From: Candidatus Poribacteria bacterium
Lineage (GTDB): Bacteria > Poribacteria > WGA-4E > WGA-3G
DNA: 64,000 nucleotides
Direction: 5' to 3'
Assembly: GCA_965198235.1 (NCBI GenBank)
Contig: OZ240248.1
Span: forward strand, 2,624,001 to 2,688,000
In this document: piece after piece, positions 30,016 through 39,503 of the stretch
Layout: every line of letters begins with the position of its first letter
Numbering within the stretch: the first letter of the stretch is position 1
Translations under genes and position numbers: made by a program
Notes under the pieces: generated by a model
What the model was told of the DNA's origin: nothing
The model's database searches: none
The model's input: only the letters and a program-made list of their open reading frames with translations

Positions 30016-31221
30016 ATGGGACGAAGTTTTGAAAAATCACTCGCATGGCAGAAGCGAGCCAAAGCCGCATTGGTCGGCGGTGGGCAACCCCATAAACAGA
30101 GTCAACCACCGAGACCTGTTATGATTGCAGGTGCGAAAGGTGCACATTTTTGGGATGCCGATGGCAACGACTATATCGATTATCTGATGGGATATGGACC
30201 TATGATCCTTGGGCACGCCTATTCTACTGTGATTGATATGGTTACAAAATATCTCGTTGAACGGGGTAATGTTTATAATTTCGGACATACGCTTGAGGTG
30301 GAACTCGCCGAAAAGTTGGTTCAAATTATCCCGTCGGCTGATAGAGTCGCTTACTTCGTTGGTGGATCGGACGCAACAACCGGCGCGATTAAGTTCGCTC
30401 GCGCGTATACCGGTAGAGACAAGGTGATTCGATCCGGTTATCACGGATGGCACGATTGGTGTAGCCACGCCCGCGGACACCTACCGAGTGCTGCCGACGC
30501 TACACTCAGCGTCGACTTCAACGATCTTGAAGGGCTTGCCGACCTCTTTAAAGCGCACCCTGACGAAATCGCGTGTTTAATTATGGAACCTTCCGGACAA
30601 GACCTTCCCAAAGACGGTTATCTTGAAGAGGCAAAGGCTCTCGTCAATGCCAACGGTGCCTTGATGATTTTTGACGAGGTCAAAACGGGGTTCCGCTACG
30701 CTTTGGGTGGTGCGCAGGAATACTTCGGAGTCACCCCCGACATGTCCGTTTTCGGAAAAGCACTCGCGAACGGGTTCGCGACGGCTATCGTTGTCGGGAA
30801 AAAAGAAATCATGGATGAAGTTAGCGATGTCTGGGTAGCCGCAACTTTCCACGGAGAGGTATCACTCGTCGCCGCCGCGATGGCTACAATCGAGGAACTC
30901 GAAGTGAAGGACGGAGTCGCCTTTATGTGGAAACAGGGACAGAAGTTGTTGGACGGCTACAGAGAAATGGCGGCGCGTCTCGGTATTGAGAATGCCCGTA
31001 TCGGTGGCATCGGACCCATGCCTTACTTCGGCTTAAGTACCAACAGCGATGACGAACGTCAACAGCGGTTCCACAAAACCTTCTACGAGGCGACCTTGGA
31101 GGGCGGTTTATATCTGCCTGAAGGACATATCTGGTTCATGTCCATGTCGCACACCGATGAAGATGTTGCGAAGACGCTTAGCGTCTCTGAGGATGCCCTC
31201 AAACGCGCCAAAGCCGCATAG
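30016..31221 (+). CDS. Class III aminotransferase (glutamate-1-semialdehyde aminomutase-like)
   Basis: WDADGNDYID, GYHGWHD, IFDEVKTGFR, FGKALANG. Confidence 0.88.
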   Translation: MGRSFEKSLAWQKRAKAALVGGGQPHKQSQPPRPVMIAGAKGAHFWDADGNDYIDYLMGYGPMILGHAYSTVIDMVTKYLVERGNVYNFGHTLEVELAEKLVQIIPSADRVAYFVGGSDATTGAIKFARAYTGRDKVIRSGYHGWHDWCSHARGHLPSAADATLSVDFNDLEGLADLFKAHPDEIACLIMEPSGQDLPKDGYLEEAKALVNANGALMIFDEVKTGFRYALGGAQEYFGVTPDMSVFGKALANGFATAIVVGKKEIMDEVSDVWVAATFHGEVSLVAAAMATIEELEVKDGVAFMWKQGQKLLDGYREMAARLGIENARIGGIGPMPYFGLSTNSDDERQQRFHKTFYEATLEGGLYLPEGHIWFMSMSHTDEDVAKTLSVSEDALKRAKAA

Positions 31222-31431
31222 GAAGGACAAAATTGCTGAATAATCGTAGAGATCAGGAATGTGAGTCACGCTTTCTTTAAGCCGCTCGCAATTCTTAGGA
31301 AACACCGCAACTTCACTGAAAACCTGCCCGAAATGAAATTATGCCTTAAATGGCATAATTTGTCTTTGCTTTACATTTGGAGGGGTTTTTGCTTGGGTGT
31401 TTCTTTAACCCAGGAGCGAATAGTTTAAAAA

Positions 31432-32319
31432 ATGGCACAAGTTACAGATCACACCAAACCTTTTATTGTTGATAAAAATCTCGGGACGGCACTTGACATT
31501 GATAACGCGCAACTCACGGAGACAACCTCCGATGGGACACCCGTTGTCGCACCGACACAAGAGCAGAAATACCTCTTTGACATGCGAGGATGGCTTTTAG
31601 TGCCGGGTGTGCTGTCGAGCGATGAACTCGCTGAGATGCAAGAGTTCGGGTATAAACTCCGCCACGAACCGGAGTCGATTCCGGAGCATGAACGCTCCCC
31701 ACTCGGCGGTCCCATGCAACGCCTTGCCGACCATCCGAATGTCGTCGGTTTTCTCAACGAGTTTCTCGCACATCCAGCGTTGTCAAGCCAAGACTGCTAC
31801 GGCTTCCGCATGGAATCGTGTAGCCTGTTTTATCGGACATCGGGTGATGGAAACTTTGGACCCCACAATGGAAACGGGATGCTCCGTTTCCCCGGCGATT
31901 CGCACCTCTATCGCTGTATTCCCGGCAGAGGCTATAGCGGGTTAACTCGCATCGTTTGGGAACTGAATCCTGTCAAATATCGGCAGGGAGGCACTCTGTT
32001 TATTACGGCGAGCCATAAAGCTGTCTACACAGCCCCCGACACAATCCAAAGCCAAGACTCTCTGATTTGGGATACGTATGAGTGTCCTGCTGGGTCCCTC
32101 CTCTTTTTCACGGAGGCGTTGACACATAGTACGCACACGTGGACGAACGAAGAAAACGATCGCCTCGCTATTTTCAGTTGCTACAATACAGTCAATAGCA
32201 AGTGGCACGATTGGGATCCACACCCGAAGTTGTTAGCCGAAATGCCTGAGAAGCGGCAGACCCTTTTCCGTCCCGTCCGCGCTGCTAATAACTTAATTGG
32301 CGAGGCGTACCGTCATTAG
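31432..32319 (+). CDS. PhyH-like Fe(II)/2-oxoglutarate oxygenase (HxG variant)
   Basis: QKYLFDMRGW, GPHNG, GGTLFITASHK, PAGSLLFFTEALTHS. Confidence 0.78.
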   Translation: MAQVTDHTKPFIVDKNLGTALDIDNAQLTETTSDGTPVVAPTQEQKYLFDMRGWLLVPGVLSSDELAEMQEFGYKLRHEPESIPEHERSPLGGPMQRLADHPNVVGFLNEFLAHPALSSQDCYGFRMESCSLFYRTSGDGNFGPHNGNGMLRFPGDSHLYRCIPGRGYSGLTRIVWELNPVKYRQGGTLFITASHKAVYTAPDTIQSQDSLIWDTYECPAGSLLFFTEALTHSTHTWTNEENDRLAIFSCYNTVNSKWHDWDPHPKLLAEMPEKRQTLFRPVRAANNLIGEAYRH

Positions 32320-32444
32320 TAGAGGCAGCTCTTGTGGCTGCCCAGAGATGTTAGACTTTTCATATCCTTCTAACTGATAACCGACAGCTATTCTTACAGA
32401 TAGCCGACGGCTGATTGCTGACGGCTAATAAAGGAGGCATTTGC

Positions 32445-33641
32445 ATGCGTCAAATTGGATCAACCCCTGTTACTGCACCCGGTTGGACTGCGAAATCGAA
32501 AGACGGGATCGCTATCGTCGATTGTGATGTTCACCACAATTTCCGGCACCCTACGCAATTGTTGCCTTACTTGTCAAAATTCTATCAGGAGCATCTCCTC
32601 GATCAAGGGCTACATCTCGGCGGGTATCCGAATATCCCAATTCGTAGCAATCGCGTGGACCTCAAGGGGAGGGTCGAAGAAGCCATCGAATCGACACCCA
32701 AGAACTCCGGCGGCGACCCCAGAGATTTTAACTTCACATTAGAGTTCCTCCAAGACGAGCATCTTGATGTTTGGAATATTGATGTCGCCGTGCTTACGGG
32801 ACCGCCCCCGTTCTACGGGTATTCTGGACTCCCTGATCCCGATTGGGCGGCTGCGCTCTGCCGCGCCTTTAACGATTGGACAATTGAACATTGGCTTGAT
32901 CGCGACGAACGCGTCGTCAATGCCATTCTCGTCTCTCCGTCCGACCCACCCCAAGCCGTAGAAGAGATTAACAGACTCGCACACCGGAAAGACACTGTCG
33001 CTGTTATGGTTCCGATGGGAACAAGTCGTCCCTTTGGCAACCGCTTCTATCATCCTATATGGGAAGCGTGTGAGGCGCACGGATTGCCTGTCGTATCGCA
33101 CATTGGTGGTGGCGGCGGGGCGACCCGGAACACACCAACCCCTGTCGGGCATCCCACCTACTACATGGAATCCCGAATGAGTCGCCCTTATGTTGCTAGT
33201 TCACACGCGACATCTCTGATCTGCGAAGGGGTCTTTGAAAAGTTTCCCAATCTCAAGTTCGCGCTCATTGAAGTACAACAGATGTGGGCGGTGCCGGTGA
33301 TGTGGCATCTCGATACCGATTGGAAAGCACTACGCGACCAGACCCCGTGGCTTAAACGCCTGCCGAGTGAGTACTTCCGTGAACACATACGGATCGGGTC
33401 ACAGCCGATGCACGAGCCTGAAAAACCGGAACAGATGTACCAGATGTTAGAAATGATCCACGCAGATGAAACGTTGATATTCTGCTCAGATTTCCCGCAT
33501 TTCGATTGGAACGATCCGGTGACGGTTTTCCCCAAGCTCCCGGAAGACTTACACTGTCGTATCTTCGCCCAAAACGCCCTCGATATCCTTCGATTGGATT
33601 TGGAAAAAGCCAACGGATCCGCGAATCCAGTAGCAAATTAA
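32445..33641 (+). CDS. Amidohydrolase 2 family protein
   Basis: VDCDVHH, AFNDW, YHPIWEAC, GVFEKFPNLK, FCSDFPHFD. Confidence 0.88.
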   Translation: MRQIGSTPVTAPGWTAKSKDGIAIVDCDVHHNFRHPTQLLPYLSKFYQEHLLDQGLHLGGYPNIPIRSNRVDLKGRVEEAIESTPKNSGGDPRDFNFTLEFLQDEHLDVWNIDVAVLTGPPPFYGYSGLPDPDWAAALCRAFNDWTIEHWLDRDERVVNAILVSPSDPPQAVEEINRLAHRKDTVAVMVPMGTSRPFGNRFYHPIWEACEAHGLPVVSHIGGGGGATRNTPTPVGHPTYYMESRMSRPYVASSHATSLICEGVFEKFPNLKFALIEVQQMWAVPVMWHLDTDWKALRDQTPWLKRLPSEYFREHIRIGSQPMHEPEKPEQMYQMLEMIHADETLIFCSDFPHFDWNDPVTVFPKLPEDLHCRIFAQNALDILRLDLEKANGSANPVAN

Positions 33642-33779
33642 CCGGAAACCTGTTTTTTTAAGCTATGGGCACTATGACTGCTCTCCACTTCGTTACGAGC
33701 AGGTTCTTAGTAAAATTCGTGTTCGTTTCTAAAAAGGAATACAGGATACATCAAAACCCAAGCCTGCAACACCGGCGCA

Positions 33780-33958
33780 GGGTTTTTGCTTGGGGTGTTT
33801 TTGCTTGGGGTTTTTGATAGGGCGTTTCTGCGGATTTCTGCGTATTGATAGGGGTTTTTGCTTGGGGTGTTTTTGCTTGGGTATTTCTGCGTATTGATAG
33901 GGTGTTTCTGCGGATTTCTGCGGATTTCTGCGGATTTCTTTTTCCTCAATTTCTTCAA
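33780..33958 (+). repeat. G/T-rich nested array of the 22-25 bp micro-element
   Basis: About 7 heads (gtttttgcttggg, gtttttgataggg, gtattgataggg) and about 8 tails (tttctgcgga, tttctgc, tttcctcaa, tttcttcaa). Confidence 0.85.
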
Positions 33959-34021
33959 CTCGAACACGGAAAACGTTAAAGTCTTAAATCGCGTTACTTA
34001 TCCGCAAGGGAAAATTAAAAT

Positions 34022-34399
34022 ATGGCACGTGTTGTCGTCGGAAAAGTATCGGAGATTCCACCGGGGAAACGCAAGATCATCGTGCCGTTCCGTGGCAAGG
34101 TAGGCATCGGGGTCTTTAACGTTGACGGCACCTTTTACGCTGTCCGTAACATCTGTCCGCACAAGCGCGGACCCCTATGTACAGGTGAACTCACTGGCAG
34201 ATTCGCCGCCGATGCACCGCCTTCAATTCAGGGCGTAATGCTCTCTGTTGACGGTTTGGGCGAGGTGCTACGCTGTCCGTGGCATCAGTGGACATTTGAT
34301 ATTGCTACCGGACAGTGTCTCGTCGATGAGACGTTACGTGTAGCGACTTATCCCGTCAAAATTGACGGTGATGATGTTGTCGTCGAATACGATGGCTAA
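34022..34399 (+). CDS. Rieske [2Fe-2S] ferredoxin (NirD-like)
   Basis: NICPHKRGPL and RCPWHQWTFD. Confidence 0.9.
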   Translation: MARVVVGKVSEIPPGKRKIIVPFRGKVGIGVFNVDGTFYAVRNICPHKRGPLCTGELTGRFAADAPPSIQGVMLSVDGLGEVLRCPWHQWTFDIATGQCLVDETLRVATYPVKIDGDDVVVEYDG

Positions 34400-34408
34400 G
34401 TTAATTGA

Positions 34409-34557
34409 AACCCAAGTTACTACCTAACGAGTATTGTACGTTCAAAGGGAGGTATCAGTTGGCTTTCCTACTCCAGCGGAGTAGTATGTCTATAGAATCC
34501 CGGGCGTTGAAATGCATGCACTCCAGCGGAGTGCTATTTCTATAAAAAGGTGACTTA
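34409..34557. mobile_element. MITE family C copy 3 (degenerate right end) with hairpin doublet
   Basis: aacccaagttactacc left end; ctactccagcggagtag at 34468 and gcactccagcggagtgc at 34518. Confidence 0.62.
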
Positions 34558-34597
34558 ATCTTGCCGAAAGACTCAATATGCCGAAACGGGGGACATA

Positions 34598-35371
34598 ATG
34601 ATTAACAGAATTCCGAAACAAATTTTTATTTTCGCCATTATAGCAACTGTCTTAATGGCTGCAAGCGTGGTACACGCGCGTCAAGCGATTACCGATGGGC
34701 TGGTGAGTTACTGGTCCTTTAATAAAGATACAGTCGCAGGTAAAACGGTTAAAGACATTTTCGGTGCAAGCGATGGAACCATGGATGGGGATGTCGAGGT
34801 CGCTAACGGTAAAGTCGGTGAGGCACTCAAGTTTAGTGGGGGCCATGTTGATTGTGGAGCAGATGAGAGTTTAACCGACATTGGCGATCAGATTACATTG
34901 GAGATGTGGATAAAACCTGAAAAACCTGGTTGGGCGATTATCGCAGGCATATCGAGGTCAGGAAATAATTCCTATGTGATTGCGTGGTCAGACCAAACTC
35001 GGGTTGATTTTAATCTCTGGAACGGTGCCTTGGAAACGTGGCCCTTTCACAGCGTCGGTCAGCCCGACGTAGGTAAATGGCATCACGTCGCTGGTGTCTA
35101 CGACGGTTCCGAAGCCATTATTTATATCAATGGTGAAGTGGATAATGAGAAAAAATTTGAGGGTGCTCTCAAACATAATGGAGAGAACTTTTGGATGGGT
35201 GCCAGAAAATCGGATGGACTTCCTTACAACGGTCTTCTTGACGAACTTCGCCTCTACAACCGCGGTCTCAGTCAAGCGGAGATTGAAAATAACCTTGACG
35301 CGGAAGGACTTGCTGTCGAACCGACCCAGAAATTGGCACTCACCTGGGGCGCAATAAAGGTTTCAAAGTAG
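34598..35371 (+). CDS. Secreted LamG-like jellyroll domain protein
   Basis: Signal peptide, GLVSYWSF, GKVGEALKF, WHHVAGVYDG, DELRLYNRGL, tail LAVEPTQKLALTWGAIK. Confidence 0.88.
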   Translation: MINRIPKQIFIFAIIATVLMAASVVHARQAITDGLVSYWSFNKDTVAGKTVKDIFGASDGTMDGDVEVANGKVGEALKFSGGHVDCGADESLTDIGDQITLEMWIKPEKPGWAIIAGISRSGNNSYVIAWSDQTRVDFNLWNGALETWPFHSVGQPDVGKWHHVAGVYDGSEAIIYINGEVDNEKKFEGALKHNGENFWMGARKSDGLPYNGLLDELRLYNRGLSQAEIENNLDAEGLAVEPTQKLALTWGAIKVSK

Positions 35372-35555
35372 GGGGTTTTTGATAGGGTGTTTCTTTCCGT
35401 TGTGGTTGTCTCCTAAAGACTGCGTTCGTAGGCAGGTAGCAACTCAGGTAGTTAAACATAACCGAAGTATTTTTAATCTGCATCTAACGTTGTCTGTTTC
35501 TGTTTCTCCTGCTGGCGAGTTTGCTAACTTCGTCTCTCAAAGAGAAGGGAATATA

Positions 35556-36059
35556 ATGAACAAGCAACCGCGTTTTTCCATTGAAGAACTGACAGCCGAT
35601 CACTCGGATTGGCAGGACTTCGTTGCGCTCGTCAACGACGTGAACCAAGAAGGGTGGGCGTTTAATCCGTCCTTTGAGCAGTTTTCACGCTACTTTTTGG
35701 TGGCAAAACAGGATGGGACCATCGTCGGATTTCTCATGTTTGTGGTGTGGGACATTGGTCCCCATGATCGCGACCATCCACCTCTTCAGATACATGGAAA
35801 AACGCTGAGAGAGGCGAAAATCCTCGCGTTTGGCGTGAAAGAGGGATACCGACGGCAAGGCATCGGCACCGCACTCCAGGAATATACCATCAAACAAGCG
35901 AAGTTGTTTGACTGCTACCAAGTTCGATCCGTCAGCGGTGAAAATCATCCTGAAAACCATCATCTCAAACTCTCTATGGGGTTTGCCGTAGAACCGATGG
36001 AACGCGATGAAAAGTGTTTAGCGTTTGTGATGCCTCTTAAGTCGATGGACAGGAGATAA
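35556..36059 (+). CDS. GNAT N-acetyltransferase
   Basis: FGVKEGYRRQGIGTAL acetyl-CoA binding motif; start at MNKQPRF after gaaggga. Confidence 0.8.
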   Translation: MNKQPRFSIEELTADHSDWQDFVALVNDVNQEGWAFNPSFEQFSRYFLVAKQDGTIVGFLMFVVWDIGPHDRDHPPLQIHGKTLREAKILAFGVKEGYRRQGIGTALQEYTIKQAKLFDCYQVRSVSGENHPENHHLKLSMGFAVEPMERDEKCLAFVMPLKSMDRR

Positions 36060-36065
36060 TTTTTC

Positions 36066-36467
36066 GTGAAGGAGTTAACCCACGCTGAAAAACAGCAACT
36101 TGAGGGAAAAATTAAAGAAGAGCAAAAACGGCAACAAACACTTCGAGAAACGAATCCAGACCTACCGGAGTCTTTTGAAAAGGCATCGGCAAAAACGGGG
36201 CTTTTACGAAGAACCGTACCAAATGCTCTCCGAAAATACGGTATGCTCGGGCTTATTCTCTGCCTACTTGTTTTTAACGTGCAGCACCTGCTAAAATGGC
36301 AGGATTTTGCCGATGATGAATACGGAAATCTCGTTATTGCTCTGATGCTACTCTTCAATCACATTGCCTATAATTTCACGAAAACCGGGTGGAAAAGCCG
36401 CGTGATGAAAACGGTTGCATGGATTTGGATAGTCCTTGGATTCGTGTACATCTTTTGGGTGGCTTAG
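36066..36467 (+). CDS. Hypothetical membrane protein
   Basis: 133 aa, charged N-terminus and three hydrophobic helices. Confidence 0.6.
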   Translation: MKELTHAEKQQLEGKIKEEQKRQQTLRETNPDLPESFEKASAKTGLLRRTVPNALRKYGMLGLILCLLVFNVQHLLKWQDFADDEYGNLVIALMLLFNHIAYNFTKTGWKSRVMKTVAWIWIVLGFVYIFWVA

Positions 36468-36561
36468 AGACCAGGTTGCTTGATGGATCGTTTTTTACAA
36501 TTTTTCGGGACACGGAAGCGTAATTTTCCTATCAACGAGGAGTCGTGTAATTCGCCACAGG

Positions 36562-36628
36562 CTATGGATTTTGCCGTTGAGCCGATGGAACGTGACGAAC
36601 ACTGTTTAGCATTTGTCATGCCTCTTAA
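36562..36628 (+). pseudogene. Diverged duplicate of the GNAT gene 3' end (copy of 35974-36040)
   Basis: 57/67 identical by manual alignment; encodes MDFAVEPMERDEHCLAFVMPLK versus MGFAVEPMERDEKCLAFVMPLK. Confidence 0.8.
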
Positions 36629-36667
36629 ACCAACACAATGGCGATAGGGTTGATTAGAGAAGATATA

Positions 36668-37585
36668 ATGAAGAGCCTCATGTTGATATTAACCACTGTC
36701 TTGACGGCTGGTGACGTTCCGCTCGTGGATGCAGCAGAGCAACTAAAGTCTGGAGCGTATTATATCACGCAGTCGTGGTCGCAGGAGACAGCGTTCAAGC
36801 GACTCTATTATGTCAGCGTCCCTGACTGTACGGACCAGCTAAAGTTTCCAGTTTTCATTTTTTTACATGGTCACGGTGGAAATGCGAAGGCGGCGATGAA
36901 TGAATTTATGAGACGGCACACCACGATGGCGGACAAGTACGTCATGGTGTTTGCCAACGGATACAAGGCAGGTTGGAACATCATGTCGGAGTTTTCCCAG
37001 GCAGACGATCTCGGATTCATTGAAGCGATCGTTAAGAAACTATCCATGTACGGCAACATTCAGAAAGACAATTTCAGCGTCATGAGGAATTCAAATGGTG
37101 CTGCTTTGGTGAACCAGTTGGCGATCGAAAGTAAGCTACCGAACCTTCGGAATTATGTAAGCGCGGTTAGCCCCTTGAATGTCTATCAACACGACGGGAA
37201 GAATTTCAAAGCCAAAGGTGCTGACAACAATTATCAAGTTGTGGCCACACCGATGACCGGCAAGCGTCTAATGAATATTTCGGGCACCACCGACGATCTG
37301 GTCCCTTATCGCGGCGGTCCTTCAAAACACATTCCTGCCAAGGACGGCAAGTTGGGCTTTGTTGACGCTGAGGAATCGGTTTTTCTCTGGGCGAGGCAGA
37401 TGGGATACGACGGAGAGAAGTTGTCCAGACCTATCAGAATCGATGGCAAGTTGGAAGTCTTCAGCTACCTCAACGGTGACGTGATTCACTACAAGGTCGT
37501 CAACGAGGGGCATGGTGCATCGGAGGCGATCAGCGAGAAAATTCTGCTTGAATTCTTGGAAGGCGACGGCAAAAGAGAGAAGTAA
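36668..37585 (+). CDS. Secreted alpha/beta hydrolase (PHB depolymerase/LpqC-like esterase)
   Basis: FIFLHGHGG, DDLGFI, RNSNG nucleophile elbow (variant of GxSxG), GTTDDLVPY, EGH. Confidence 0.72.
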   Translation: MKSLMLILTTVLTAGDVPLVDAAEQLKSGAYYITQSWSQETAFKRLYYVSVPDCTDQLKFPVFIFLHGHGGNAKAAMNEFMRRHTTMADKYVMVFANGYKAGWNIMSEFSQADDLGFIEAIVKKLSMYGNIQKDNFSVMRNSNGAALVNQLAIESKLPNLRNYVSAVSPLNVYQHDGKNFKAKGADNNYQVVATPMTGKRLMNISGTTDDLVPYRGGPSKHIPAKDGKLGFVDAEESVFLWARQMGYDGEKLSRPIRIDGKLEVFSYLNGDVIHYKVVNEGHGASEAISEKILLEFLEGDGKREK

Positions 37586-38395
37586 ATGATTAAAGCAGTA
37601 TTCTTTGACCTTGATGGTACACTTTGCGACTCCGATACAGCATGGAGCATCGCGCAAAGAGAAACATTTCAGCTTTTACGCGAGCATTATCCAGATGTGT
37701 CGGAAAAGGCTCTTACAGAGGCATGGAGAACGGTCCATCAGGAACTCTTTAAGCAACTCAACGCCGGGAAATGCGCTATGGCAGACGTGAGAGACTCGCG
37801 TTTCCAGTGTCTATTCAGGGAATTAGGTTTAACCGTAGGTAAAAATACAGCAGAGTTGAACGACTTTTTGGGTTCACGCTACCTCACGAGTTTACGTCTT
37901 TACGACGATGTCACCGTTCTTGAGAAGCTACACACGTCCCATGTCGGTATCATTACAAACGGTGCCCACGATGAGCATCCCGACAGTCAACTTTCTAAAG
38001 TCCGACACCTTGGACTCAGCGAACGGATCCAGTCGCTTACAATTTCCGGTGAGGTCGGTGTCAGAAAACCGAAGGTTGAAATCTTCCAAGTAGCTTGTGA
38101 GCGTGCTGGCGTTTCACCGAAAGAGGCTCTGTTCGTCGGCGATACCGTTGAAAATGACATCGTTGGTGCCAACCGTGCGGGCATGACAAGCGTTTTCATC
38201 GACCGAAAATCAGATGTCCTAATACCGAAAAAGAAGAAAACCGAGAGTACCCCAAAAAAGGGGAGGATAGAAGGAATACTGCAAGGACATCGGACGCAGC
38301 AGCTCAGAAGCAATAGATTAAAAATTCCGAAAACAGCGGACGAACGACCAGACTACTCGGTCTCAAATCTACATGATGTTTTGTCCTGCTTGTAG
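37586..38395 (+). CDS. HAD-IA family hydrolase
   Basis: FFDLDGTL, IITNG, RKP, FVGDTVENDIVGA. Confidence 0.88.
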   Translation: MIKAVFFDLDGTLCDSDTAWSIAQRETFQLLREHYPDVSEKALTEAWRTVHQELFKQLNAGKCAMADVRDSRFQCLFRELGLTVGKNTAELNDFLGSRYLTSLRLYDDVTVLEKLHTSHVGIITNGAHDEHPDSQLSKVRHLGLSERIQSLTISGEVGVRKPKVEIFQVACERAGVSPKEALFVGDTVENDIVGANRAGMTSVFIDRKSDVLIPKKKKTESTPKKGRIEGILQGHRTQQLRSNRLKIPKTADERPDYSVSNLHDVLSCL

Positions 38396-38430
38396 CACGA
38401 AATAGAAAAAAGAAATAAGAGGAGTTCATA

Positions 38431-39432
38431 ATGGACAAAAATTACAACGTCGCAATAATTGGGTGCGGTGGGATTTCTCACATGCACGCCGGGTGGTATG
38501 TGAATGAACCGAGGGCTTCTCTGACTGCGATTGCCGACATCGACGCAGAACGGATAAAGGCGTATGGTGAACAGTACGGTGTCGAAAAGCAGTATACCGA
38601 TTACATTGAGATGCTCGAGGCGGAAGATATTGATTTGGTTTCCATTTGTACCCGTCCGATACTGCATGCACCGGTCGTGATCGAAACCGCGAAACGGGGT
38701 GTAAGAGGGATTCTTTCAGAAAAGCCGATGGCGGAGAATCTCGGACAGGCACGGGAGATGCTCGAAACCTGTTCAGAGCACGGCGTGAAATTGGCGATTG
38801 ATCACCAGACCCGATTTAGTGCACCCTATGTGCGAGCGAGACAGATGATTGCCGATGGTGTTATCGGCGATCTCTTTCGCATTCACGGTGTTTGTGGCGG
38901 TGGCGACCTGAAGGACAACGCCACGCATACCGTTGACATCATGCGGTTTCTCTACGGCGATCGTCCCGTCACTTGGGTGATCGGTCAGATTGAACGTATT
39001 GACACACCGACCAAATACGATCTGCACTCCGAGGATTTCGCGATTGGTTATTTCAAGTTTGAAGACAACGTTCGAGCAGTTATTGAATCAGGGAGCGACA
39101 CCGCCCCCGGCTATCACCACATCTACTGTTACGGAACGGAAGGCGAAATCGAGCTGGCGGCACCGGGTGGGCCCTCTCTCCGTTACCGAAACACAGCATC
39201 TGGTGGTGCATGGGAGACATCTGAACTACCCCCCGAAATTAGTCCCGTGCAAGACATGATCGCAGCCATTGAAGAGGACCGGGAACACCGCTCCAGTGGT
39301 CATCAAGGATACGCGACTCACGAACTGCTCATGGCGATTTATGAGTCGTCTCGGAAACGGCAGCGGATTCATCTACCCCTTGCAGAGATGGAGTCGCCCC
39401 TAACGTTGATGATTGACGATGGATGGATATAG
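38431..39432 (+). CDS. Gfo/Idh/MocA family oxidoreductase
   Basis: AIIGCGGI, LSEKPMA, DNATH. Confidence 0.88.
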   Translation: MDKNYNVAIIGCGGISHMHAGWYVNEPRASLTAIADIDAERIKAYGEQYGVEKQYTDYIEMLEAEDIDLVSICTRPILHAPVVIETAKRGVRGILSEKPMAENLGQAREMLETCSEHGVKLAIDHQTRFSAPYVRARQMIADGVIGDLFRIHGVCGGGDLKDNATHTVDIMRFLYGDRPVTWVIGQIERIDTPTKYDLHSEDFAIGYFKFEDNVRAVIESGSDTAPGYHHIYCYGTEGEIELAAPGGPSLRYRNTASGGAWETSELPPEISPVQDMIAAIEEDREHRSSGHQGYATHELLMAIYESSRKRQRIHLPLAEMESPLTLMIDDGWI

Positions 39433-39503
39433 TATAGGACGGACACCTTTCAACCGTAGCGTGTGGATTGTTTGATTGATGCCATCTGACACGAGGAGCC
39501 GAA

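Noticed and set aside
30016-31221. hemL assignment
   Set aside because: The class III fold is clear, but the N-terminus is divergent and there is no tetrapyrrole gene context, so no symbol is given.
33707-34103. ORFs 33707-33967 (-) and 33858-34103 (+)
   Set aside because: They are translations of the G/T repeat array, with low complexity and no ribosome-binding site.
35974-36628. Diversity-generating retroelement TR/VR pair
   Set aside because: Mismatches are not confined to adenines in either copy, most are synonymous, and there is no reverse transcriptase in the window.
35556-38395. Integron cassette array
   Set aside because: The genes look cassette-like, but I see no repeated attC sites and no integron integrase.
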